Positions 16,733 through 24,252 of a DNA stretch of 26,751 nucleotides are shown one piece after another. The position numbers and the translations under genes were made by a program. Origin of the DNA: a virus (taxonomy: Duplodnaviria; Caudoviricetes); IMG/VR virus record IMGVR_UViG_3300044733_002789, positions 1 through 26,751 of that record; one strand, 5' to 3'. Each line of letters opens with the position of its first letter. The first letter of the stretch is position 1. The notes below the pieces were generated by a model. It had not been told where the DNA came from, did no database searches, and saw only the letters and a program-made list of their open reading frames with translations.

Positions 16733-17099
16733 GCGAGTCTGAGGCTGACTCACCATCGCCGGGTTCCGGATTCAGCTCGGGCAGTCGAACAATGGTGGCC
16801 GTGCCGTCAAGGTGCAATGTGACATCCCAGGGGGCCATCAGCTGCAATCGGTCGGCAGTGCAGCCTGGAGAATATTTTTCCAGCAACTCGCACAAGTCAG
16901 CGGACAGCGCAAACATTCCAGCCGCTGTAATCCCTAACTCCGCGACCGTTGCCGGTGGATCTGCGCATTGCCAAATTTTGTCCATACCCATTTGCCATGC
17001 GTTCAGCATGGAAGTAAGCGTGCTGAGTGCTATAGTCTGCACTTCTAGCGCGGCTCGTTTTGCCTGGGCATTGCTGCTGAGGGCTTGAATCGTATTCAT
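16725..17099 (-). CDS. Hypothetical protein, possible fibre assembly partner
   Basis: 124 aa; ATGA overlap with the upstream 662-aa gene. Function inferred from position only. Confidence 0.6.
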   Translation of the reverse strand: MNTIQALSSNAQAKRAALEVQTIALSTLTSMLNAWQMGMDKIWQCADPPATVAELGITAAGMFALSADLCELLEKYSPGCTADRLQLMAPWDVTLHLDGTATIVRLPELNPEPGDGESASDSLA

Positions 17100-19084
17100 G
17101 GGTTAAAACCTTTCAGAAGTACATAATTTAGGATTGTAGTGCCGCCAGATCCGGCGGTAACGACAATCCCCCGAATAGCCTGGGTGTGTACGTTGGCGAC
17201 GGTAACGCTCATCGGCGTTGCCGCGTTTGCCGCAAGCGCATTGCCAATGTTGTACCACGCGGCTGTTGGCGATTGCCAATCGTCCTCCGTGCCCTGCATT
17301 TGAACTACCGGGGCAATGGTGCCGATAGCGTCAGCCCTGATTACCATTTGCAGGTTGCGGCAATCGCCAACAATCAGAGCTGGCGTCACGGACGAGGCTG
17401 TAGTTAGCGATATGGTGCGGTCATAGCGCTGGCGAATAACACCAGGCGCTGCATTAAAGACAAGGCGAACAATTGAGCGCGTGAGCTGCGTTCCAGTGTT
17501 TAGGGTTTGAACGTAGCGCCACCTGTTGCCACCAAGAATCAGCACTGGAGACCTGTACTGGCCATTTGCTGTAATGCGCGGCAAATCATAAATAACATAC
17601 CAGGTTGCGCCAGAGTCGCCGGATTGCTCAATCCTAAAATCGGCCCAGGCGTTTGCCCCTGATATGCTGCTTATTGAAATCTCAACTGCAAAACCAAGCC
17701 CCGAACCCGGCGAGATGTTGGCTGAAGTTACGCTGGCGGATATTGTCGCTGAACCAACGTCAGTGGTGGGGGATGTTGTCGCCAGGGAAAAAACTGAGCC
17801 GGACACCGGCACGATTGCTTGGACGCTAGGCGTAAATGATGTTTCACTCCATCGCTGTAGACTAACGTGAACCGTGCCCCCAGTTGTTGCGGTAGCCAAT
17901 CGCAATCTAAACCACAACGCGTAAACGCTTGTGTTATAATTACCTACGGCAAACGTCGTAGGAACAGCGCCAGATGTGGCATTTATTAATTGGGCAGTAA
18001 ATACGCCAACGCTGAAAGAGCTATCTGGCGCCCACTCTGCCACAACCAGGCCACCTGTGCCTATTGAAAAACACTGCATCGACAGCATGCGCGTATTGGC
18101 GCAGTCGATTGGGCCGATCAGAGTTGTGTTGACGCTCAGCGGGCCAGGAGTTGCCTGCTGGTAGACCGAATTGATAGGCGCGGCCGGCGACGCAACAACA
18201 GGCAACGCCGTGCCGCCGCTGGCGCCCTGCACCGACAACACATCCCCGCTGGGGGTTCCGGGAACGCCAATAGCTGGCTGTCTAGCGGCTGTGGCCGCGC
18301 CGGTCGGCAGGCTGGGCTCCACCAACAGCCGACCACTGCTCAGCTCGGCCGGGAGCCGATTCAACAGCGCCTGGTAGAGCACCTGCACTAATCCTGCGAG
18401 GCCGCTGGCGCCAGTTGGCAGGGTGGGGGCATCTGTGCCGGTGACGCCCAGCCTGCCGTCAATGCTGCCCAGCGCAGCATTAGATGCCGCCTGGTTGGTG
18501 GCTGTGGATGCATCAGTCGCCAACGACGGTTCAACCTGCAGCCGCGTGCCGGATAGGGTCAGAATTGGCAGCCTCTCAGTCAGCTGCACGTTGGTCAGAG
18601 GGCCAGAGACCGGCTGAGTTGTCTGCCAAAAAGTCCCTGAAACCGGCTGAGTTGCTGGCCAAAACGTTCCGCTGACTGGCACTGGCTGAGCCCTCAGCTC
18701 AACGTCAGTCAGCGGTCCAGATACGGGCCACCGTCCACCGTCCAGCGGCGGCAATTTGTCGCCGATGCCACCCAGCAAGACATTCCCGGCTGCCTGCAGT
18801 GCGCTGGTAGCGCCTATTTCGCTGTCATCAATAACAATTTGCAGCGCATCGCCGCTGTTCATTGCTGTGGTGACGATCTCAAGCGTTAAAACGCCTGTGG
18901 TCGCGTTATATGCGCCGCCACGCCCCGACTGTACGGGCAGATAAAGATAAATCTCATTAGAAGTATTGACAATGCTGACAATCTGTGCCTGATGCGTTGG
19001 CCTCGTAGATCCCGCTGCAAACGTCACCGTTCCAGCCGTTGGGCTAAACGTAAACAACGATGGGTCGAGCGGTGGCTTGCGCAT
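17096..19084 (-). CDS. Putative virion fibre/appendage protein (head- or neck-associated)
   Basis: 662 aa, Thr/Ser/Gly/Ala-rich. N-terminal domain FTFSPTAGTVTF...VLTLEIVTTAMNSGDALQIVID, PVSGTFW/PVSGPLT repeats, beta-rich C-terminal domains; TAATG-coupled to the connector gene. Confidence 0.65.
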   Translation of the reverse strand: MRKPPLDPSLFTFSPTAGTVTFAAGSTRPTHQAQIVSIVNTSNEIYLYLPVQSGRGGAYNATTGVLTLEIVTTAMNSGDALQIVIDDSEIGATSALQAAGNVLLGGIGDKLPPLDGGRWPVSGPLTDVELRAQPVPVSGTFWPATQPVSGTFWQTTQPVSGPLTNVQLTERLPILTLSGTRLQVEPSLATDASTATNQAASNAALGSIDGRLGVTGTDAPTLPTGASGLAGLVQVLYQALLNRLPAELSSGRLLVEPSLPTGAATAARQPAIGVPGTPSGDVLSVQGASGGTALPVVASPAAPINSVYQQATPGPLSVNTTLIGPIDCANTRMLSMQCFSIGTGGLVVAEWAPDSSFSVGVFTAQLINATSGAVPTTFAVGNYNTSVYALWFRLRLATATTGGTVHVSLQRWSETSFTPSVQAIVPVSGSVFSLATTSPTTDVGSATISASVTSANISPGSGLGFAVEISISSISGANAWADFRIEQSGDSGATWYVIYDLPRITANGQYRSPVLILGGNRWRYVQTLNTGTQLTRSIVRLVFNAAPGVIRQRYDRTISLTTASSVTPALIVGDCRNLQMVIRADAIGTIAPVVQMQGTEDDWQSPTAAWYNIGNALAANAATPMSVTVANVHTQAIRGIVVTAGSGGTTILNYVLLKGFNP
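18595..18730 (-). repeat. (T/A)QPVSG(TFW/PLT) peptide repeats, 33-bp period
   Basis: WPVSGPLTD...PVPVSGTFWPATQPVSGTFWQTTQPVSGPLTN; accggctgagttg at 18609 and 18642. Confidence 0.85.
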
Positions 19085-19428
19085 TACTGGAACACGGATA
19101 GGTAGTAAGAAAAACCCACGTCTTCATTGGCGGGAGGTGGGGTTTCGTCAGTGGGCATCAGGGGCACGATGCACATCGCCCCGTCATCAATTGGACGAGG
19201 CTTGTACTCCACCTTGAAAGTGACGCCATCCACCGTAATAATTTGGCCATAAACAAGATTGCCAAATGTGGCAGTTGGTGCCAACAGCGGATATTCAACG
19301 TAGGCAAGATCGCCGCCCAGAGCAAATTCACCGGACTGGTCCAGGATGCCGAGGCCCGTCACTGTTCCCGCCACAACCGGCTTGCCGAAGTCAGCGAAAA
19401 ACAAATCTAGGGCCTCGGTAAATGGCAT
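19084..19428 (-). CDS. Head-tail joining/closure protein (gpFII-like)
   Basis: 114 aa; FFADFGKPV, GILDQ, ITVDGVTFKV, IDDG; position after the capsid genes. Confidence 0.75.
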   Translation of the reverse strand: MPFTEALDLFFADFGKPVVAGTVTGLGILDQSGEFALGGDLAYVEYPLLAPTATFGNLVYGQIITVDGVTFKVEYKPRPIDDGAMCIVPLMPTDETPPPANEDVGFSYYLSVFQ

Positions 19429-19616
19429 CAGTCGGGGGTTTTCTCGGGCTGCCTGGCTTTGGCGGCAGGGAGCACTGCCTCAATGGCGCCCAGGGCCAGC
19501 AGCGGCGCGGCGGCATCGCTGCTCAGGGGGATTTCTGCCCCCTCCGGGTAACGGGCCCCATCGTGGTCAATGGGGCCCGTTAAGACCGTGTAGATGCTGG
19601 TGTCTTGTTTGGTCAT
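19428..19616 (-). CDS. Small capsid-adjacent hypothetical protein
   Basis: 62 aa; YTVLTGPIDHDGARYPEGAEIPLSSDAAAPLLALGAIE, a pattern typical of small genes following phage capsid genes. Confidence 0.75.
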   Translation of the reverse strand: MTKQDTSIYTVLTGPIDHDGARYPEGAEIPLSSDAAAPLLALGAIEAVLPAAKARQPEKTPD

Positions 19617-19618
19617 GG

Positions 19619-20584
19619 TCAGGCAACAACGTTTGAGAAGAGGTAGCCAACGTCGCTGGCGGCAATGATTTCATTGACGCTTTCACCCACCCGCACCCGC
19701 TGAGAACCGCGCAGGCCGATTTTAGGCTCGGGGATGCTGCCGCTCACCCGGTTGCCAAATTCGGCGGTATAGCCAAAGGTTATCACTTTGCCGTTGGTGG
19801 TGCTGCCAATAGGGTTTTGATGGAGCAAAGCCATGTGCTTGCCCCATACCCGCACCAGGCTGGCTGTCTGGCCGGGTTTGGCGCTATTGATCCAGGCCTC
19901 GCCCACCAGGATACGATCAAGCTCCAGTAGCTCGGCCACGGCCTGCAGGGTGGCAGGTGCTCCAGCGCCATTACTGGTCAATGTGTTGCCGGTGCTGGAG
20001 GGGGCCAGCGCTGCAGTAATTTTGGGGTGAACCTTAAGGCGGCTCCATGCCTGTCGGCCAATGACTCCAATATTGGGAGGCATCAACATGCCATCTCTGG
20101 CGGTGTTGATTGCGGTGTACGGATCGGAGTTTGCGAAGTCGCTCCATTGCGATGTACCGCTTAACGTTGCACGGTTGGCGGCTGGGTAGTTAGATGCAGT
20201 AAAGTACAACGTAGCAACTCTTTGTTCCCTGTCCAACGCCACTAAATCCGTAAGTCCTTCGACTGCAGTCCCTAATGGGTCAAAGCCTGCCGGTGCCTTT
20301 TCGATGTCATCATTAGGCACCAGGTCGTCTAAGCCATAGTCTCTGACGAAGCCAGTTTGATCGCTGCCGCCAAATTGCACTTCGTTGGGCTGGGAGGTGC
20401 GGCCAACCATGGTCTCGGGCACCGTAAAGGCTTCGTCTCGATTTCGCAGAAGCCACTTAAATTCTGGACTGGCGACGCCAACGCGAGGCGATACTTCGTC
20501 AGCAATATATCTTTTGTTGCTGTACGCAAGTGAAATCCCCGTGCGCTCTTGATCAATAGGAAAGGGAAAATTTTGAAAGGCCAT
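19619..20584 (-). CDS. Major capsid protein (gpE-like, HK97 fold)
   Basis: 321 aa; LAYSN..YIADEVSPRVGV, LDREQRVA, LSGTSQWSD..NSDP, VWGKHMAL, TFGYTA, GYLFSNVV. Confidence 0.9.
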   Translation of the reverse strand: MAFQNFPFPIDQERTGISLAYSNKRYIADEVSPRVGVASPEFKWLLRNRDEAFTVPETMVGRTSQPNEVQFGGSDQTGFVRDYGLDDLVPNDDIEKAPAGFDPLGTAVEGLTDLVALDREQRVATLYFTASNYPAANRATLSGTSQWSDFANSDPYTAINTARDGMLMPPNIGVIGRQAWSRLKVHPKITAALAPSSTGNTLTSNGAGAPATLQAVAELLELDRILVGEAWINSAKPGQTASLVRVWGKHMALLHQNPIGSTTNGKVITFGYTAEFGNRVSGSIPEPKIGLRGSQRVRVGESVNEIIAASDVGYLFSNVVA

Positions 20585-20622
20585 GGATTAGTCAGCGAAG
20601 GATTGTTTGATGCTTAAATAGT

Positions 20623-21003
20623 TCAGCCTTGGAAAGATCCAGGGATCAGCAGCACGGGCCCCTTGTCGCCCAGCACCCCAGAAGCCAACGCAATGCCACA
20701 GGTGCGAATGTTCGTGCCGGCTGCCGCTGTTGCAGTAACGGCTCGGCCTACCGAGTCCGAGGTGATCAATGCACCGCGCGTGATCGTGCCTCCGAAGTCC
20801 ACGGTGGCAATGCCAGCCAAAACGACGTCAAATCGCTCGCCTGATGCACAGCCAACTTCATCGCTTGCGCCCACAATGAAATCGGCAACAGCAGCCGCTG
20901 GAATCATGGTGCGATCGTCGGTGCCAAATTTGATCAAGCGATTGGCTGCAATTGCAGCGCCAGCTATAAATGCTTTTTTCAGTCCTGCGTTGCGCAAGGT
21001 CAT
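20623..21003 (-). CDS. Capsid cement/decoration protein (DUF2190-like)
   Basis: 126 aa Gly/Ala-rich; AGAAIAANRLIKFG, GGTITRGALITSDSVGRAV, GIAL; between protease and capsid. Confidence 0.85.
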   Translation of the reverse strand: MTLRNAGLKKAFIAGAAIAANRLIKFGTDDRTMIPAAAVADFIVGASDEVGCASGERFDVVLAGIATVDFGGTITRGALITSDSVGRAVTATAAAGTNIRTCGIALASGVLGDKGPVLLIPGSFQG

Positions 21004-21041
21004 GGGAATTGCCTCGTTAAGAATTTAGTCGGAGTGGTAAA

Positions 21042-22373
21042 TCAGACTTGAGCAAACTCTTGCTTGGCTTTGGCCACCGCAGCAGTTGCGGATAGCGTTC
21101 GGCCCTGGGCCTGGGCCTCGGCAATCAGCTCCCTAGCCCGATCTGCCAGCTGTACGCCATTCACCTCGGGCTTTGGAGCCTGAGCCTCTGCCTCCAGGCC
21201 TTCAGGCGCAGCAGCCTGCGGCACCGCATCAATGGCATCATCCAGCCGGGACTGGCGGTGGTTGGCCTGGCGCAGCCTGTCAGCGGCGATCACCCGCATG
21301 GCAGCCTCAGGCCCGGAAGTCTGGCCGTCAGCGGCCAGCTGCTCAATCAGCGCCTCATGGCCAGGCAATACCTGCTGGCGCACGGCGGCGATGCGGTCGC
21401 GTTCGCCAGATGCGCCCTCGTCCCGCAGCACGGCTGCAGCCTGGGGATTCTTGGCCGCCCACTCGGCGGCGGCTTGGGTGGGGTCCATAGATGCTCGTCT
21501 CAGGGGGGGTACGACAACCGACGACCTGGCGGCCGTGGCTGCCCGATCGTTTAATTCGGCAATTACAGTCTCCAGGCTAGCGATTCCATCCGCCAGGCCT
21601 GCGTCTACAGCCTGCTGGCCAATGAACACCCGAGCATCGGCCATATCAGCACGCACTTGGTCGACGGAGGCACCACGCTGAGCCGCTACATCGCCCACGA
21701 ACAGCGAGTAGAGATAGTCCACCTGGTCTTGCATCGTCTGCCGCCCCAGCTCGCTTAGCGGCTGGTGGGGGCTCATAGCGGCCTTGAACCGGCCGGCAAA
21801 TATCTCGGTCGTTTTCACGCCTAGCGACGCCTCGCGCTGGCTTTGATCGGAGTGGGTGGCGATCACGCCGATACTGCCCACCGGGTGAACACTGGAGCCC
21901 AGGTAGACCCGCTCTGCTGCTGAGCCAATCCAGTAGGCGGCGGACGCCATCGCCCCGTCAACCCAGCTGGCTATGGGTTTCGCGGCACGGGCCGCCATCA
22001 CTGCCCCTGCTGCCGCCGGTGTGCCGCCAACAGCGCCGCCGGGCGAATCCACCAGCAGCACAATGGAGCTCACCGCGGGGTCGGCTGCTGCGGCCTGCAC
22101 ATCACGAACAAACAGCTCGGCGCTGGTGCCGCCGCTCACCTGGGCCATCAAATTCATTCGCGGCGCGATCACGCCTCGCAGGGGGATCAGGGCCGCCCCG
22201 TCCTGCACCTGGTAGCCCTGGGGCTCGTTTTGCAGCTTGCGGCCAAGCCGGGCCTCCGCCGCCTCGATGTCAATCGATTCGCCCCGCAGGTGGTGTGCAT
22301 AGATCGCCTGGATTTCCATCAGGCGATCGGCGTCAATCGCCCAGGGCTGGTAGAGAACGTCGAGGATGTTCAT
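21042..22373 (-). CDS. Prohead maturation protease, S49 family (lambda gpC-like), with C-terminal scaffold region
   Basis: VDSPGG, MASAAYWIGS, VGSIGV, AGRFKA, AVDAGLADGI; helical C-terminal extension with ERDRIAAV. Confidence 0.92.
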   Translation of the reverse strand: MNILDVLYQPWAIDADRLMEIQAIYAHHLRGESIDIEAAEARLGRKLQNEPQGYQVQDGAALIPLRGVIAPRMNLMAQVSGGTSAELFVRDVQAAAADPAVSSIVLLVDSPGGAVGGTPAAAGAVMAARAAKPIASWVDGAMASAAYWIGSAAERVYLGSSVHPVGSIGVIATHSDQSQREASLGVKTTEIFAGRFKAAMSPHQPLSELGRQTMQDQVDYLYSLFVGDVAAQRGASVDQVRADMADARVFIGQQAVDAGLADGIASLETVIAELNDRAATAARSSVVVPPLRRASMDPTQAAAEWAAKNPQAAAVLRDEGASGERDRIAAVRQQVLPGHEALIEQLAADGQTSGPEAAMRVIAADRLRQANHRQSRLDDAIDAVPQAAAPEGLEAEAQAPKPEVNGVQLADRARELIAEAQAQGRTLSATAAVAKAKQEFAQV

Positions 22374-22376
22374 GGG

Positions 22377-24005
22377 TTAATCGAGCTCGGTAGGGTCTTC
22401 ATTCTCGCCAGGATCGTCATCCTCTGGCTCTGGCACGCTGCCGGCAGGGAGCTGGGGAGGTGCCGCGCCTGGCTGCTGCAGCAGCACTGGCGCCTCTAGG
22501 CCGCCCTCAACGCGCTCGGCTGTCACTCGGACGCTGGTGCGGTGGTTGGCCTCCCAGTCGCTGCCGTCGTAAGCAAGCGATTCTTTTGGCAGCGTGGTGA
22601 GGCCAATCTTGATGCGTTTCTCAGCTGCGTTGGCCTCCTTGAGCGGATCCAGGGCCCCCGGGCCGTCGCCACTCCAGCTGAAGCCGAGCCAGGCGGCACG
22701 AATGAACGGGTCGGAGAAAAAGCCGGGGGCTTTCAAATGACCCATGGCCACGCCATCGGCAATGATCTCTTCGTAAACCGGCCCGCCAAACCTACTGGAG
22801 AGCCGAGCACGGCGCACCTGATAACCGCGCCAGGCATCCATCAGCGCGGCGCGAGACGCTGAGTAGCTGGCGTTGAACGATTTAAGTACCACCTCGCGCG
22901 GCAACCCAAGGCCTACAGCGATTTCGTTATTTACAGCTTGAAAGAACTGTTCAAACACCGGGTTAGGTCGCCCTGGTGATGGGCTAGAGATCGTTTCGCC
23001 GGGGAAAGTATTGATAACCTTGCCAGACTTAAGACCGCCGTCCCAAGACTTTGCATTCTCGATATAGGTTGCTTTTGATGCGTCATCAAATAATCCGTCA
23101 AATGCTTCTGCGTCCATTGTTGCAAACACGGCAAACACTGCCGCATTCACTGCCGCATCTACCTCTGCGTCGCTATAGCGATCAAGCTGCTTCAGCTTTG
23201 CGATCACTGGTGCCAGCCAGGGCACGCCACGGGTTTGGTTGGGGCGTTTTTTGTGGAACAGATGCAACACCTTGCGGCTGCCATTGGCGGCATAGAAAGG
23301 CCGTTCAATCCACTGGGGCGGCTTGCCGCTGATTGTTCGGCCGGGATGGCGGTCTGCTATATGAATGCTGGTGGCAATGCCGTCTATTTTTGCAATCCCC
23401 TGGGTCAATGCATCGGTATCCATCGCATGGTTGGGATTCGATACACGATCGGCTTCAACGATCTGCACCGCAATACGATAGGGCCAGTTCTTGGCTTTTG
23501 ACTTCACCAGCAGCGCAAAGGCATCGCCTGATTCCAGCTCAGCGCGAAGCGCCAGGTCCTGCAACTCGTAAAAATTCTGGCCTTGGTAATAGTCTGCAAA
23601 TTGCGAGCCCGCCCAAGTATTAAAATACCGCTCAAATTCACCTTGGTATTTACTGGCTTCGTCGTCGCTGAGCCCTAGCAGCTCAGCATCGATCCTGCTC
23701 TGCACCGTCAAGCCAGTGCCGACCACATAGGTGGCCATGTTCTCGATCGCACCGCTAGCAATCGGCGCGTTGCGAGCCATGTCCCGCGACCTGCCGCGCA
23801 TCTCCCGCAGGTCGTACGCAATGTCGCTATCTGCATCGCGGACGCCAGGGGTCCACCCGGCAAAGCGTTCGCTGTAGCTGCCGCCCACATAGCCGCCCAT
23901 CCGCGCCATGGTGGCCCGCGACTTCTCGCGCTCGAGCGCCCACTTCGGGGAGATCCGATTGATCAGTCGCTCCAGGATCGGCGGCTTTGGCTTCTGGTGT
24001 TCCAT
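22377..24005 (-). CDS. Portal protein, lambda gpB family
   Basis: 542 aa; RGRSRDMARN, QIVEADRV, RPNQTRGVPWLAPV, ASYSASRAAL, LDPLKEANA. Confidence 0.95.
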   Translation of the reverse strand: MEHQKPKPPILERLINRISPKWALEREKSRATMARMGGYVGGSYSERFAGWTPGVRDADSDIAYDLREMRGRSRDMARNAPIASGAIENMATYVVGTGLTVQSRIDAELLGLSDDEASKYQGEFERYFNTWAGSQFADYYQGQNFYELQDLALRAELESGDAFALLVKSKAKNWPYRIAVQIVEADRVSNPNHAMDTDALTQGIAKIDGIATSIHIADRHPGRTISGKPPQWIERPFYAANGSRKVLHLFHKKRPNQTRGVPWLAPVIAKLKQLDRYSDAEVDAAVNAAVFAVFATMDAEAFDGLFDDASKATYIENAKSWDGGLKSGKVINTFPGETISSPSPGRPNPVFEQFFQAVNNEIAVGLGLPREVVLKSFNASYSASRAALMDAWRGYQVRRARLSSRFGGPVYEEIIADGVAMGHLKAPGFFSDPFIRAAWLGFSWSGDGPGALDPLKEANAAEKRIKIGLTTLPKESLAYDGSDWEANHRTSVRVTAERVEGGLEAPVLLQQPGAAPPQLPAGSVPEPEDDDPGENEDPTELD

Positions 24006-24229
24006 CAGAACAGCGGCGAGGGAGTGATGGAGCGGCCACGCGATTGCCGGGCGCTCAGTTCCTGCACGCGCCGATTCCAGAGCGTGATGCCGGCCTGCAC
24101 CGTCTCCAAATCGGCTCGCTTCATGCGCCGGGCGCCGATCGTGTACTCCTGCCCGTTCAGGATCGCCGTCTCGGCCGCTAGGTAGGCGTCGAGCTGCGTC
24201 TGTGCAGTTGCTAGCGAAATTCCTGCCAT
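24005..24229 (-). CDS. Head-tail adaptor, gpW-like
   Basis: 74 aa between terminase and portal; YLAAETAILNGQEYTIGARRMKRADL. Confidence 0.85.
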   Translation of the reverse strand: MAGISLATAQTQLDAYLAAETAILNGQEYTIGARRMKRADLETVQAGITLWNRRVQELSARQSRGRSITPSPLF

Positions 24230-24241
24230 GGCATCAGACTA
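24227..24241 (-). promoter_or_regulatory. TAGTCT-GATGCC-ATG motif before gpW
   Basis: TAnnnT hexamer exactly 6 nt before the ATG, lying in intergenic DNA. Confidence 0.55.
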
Positions 24242-24252
24242 GCTAGCCCGAG

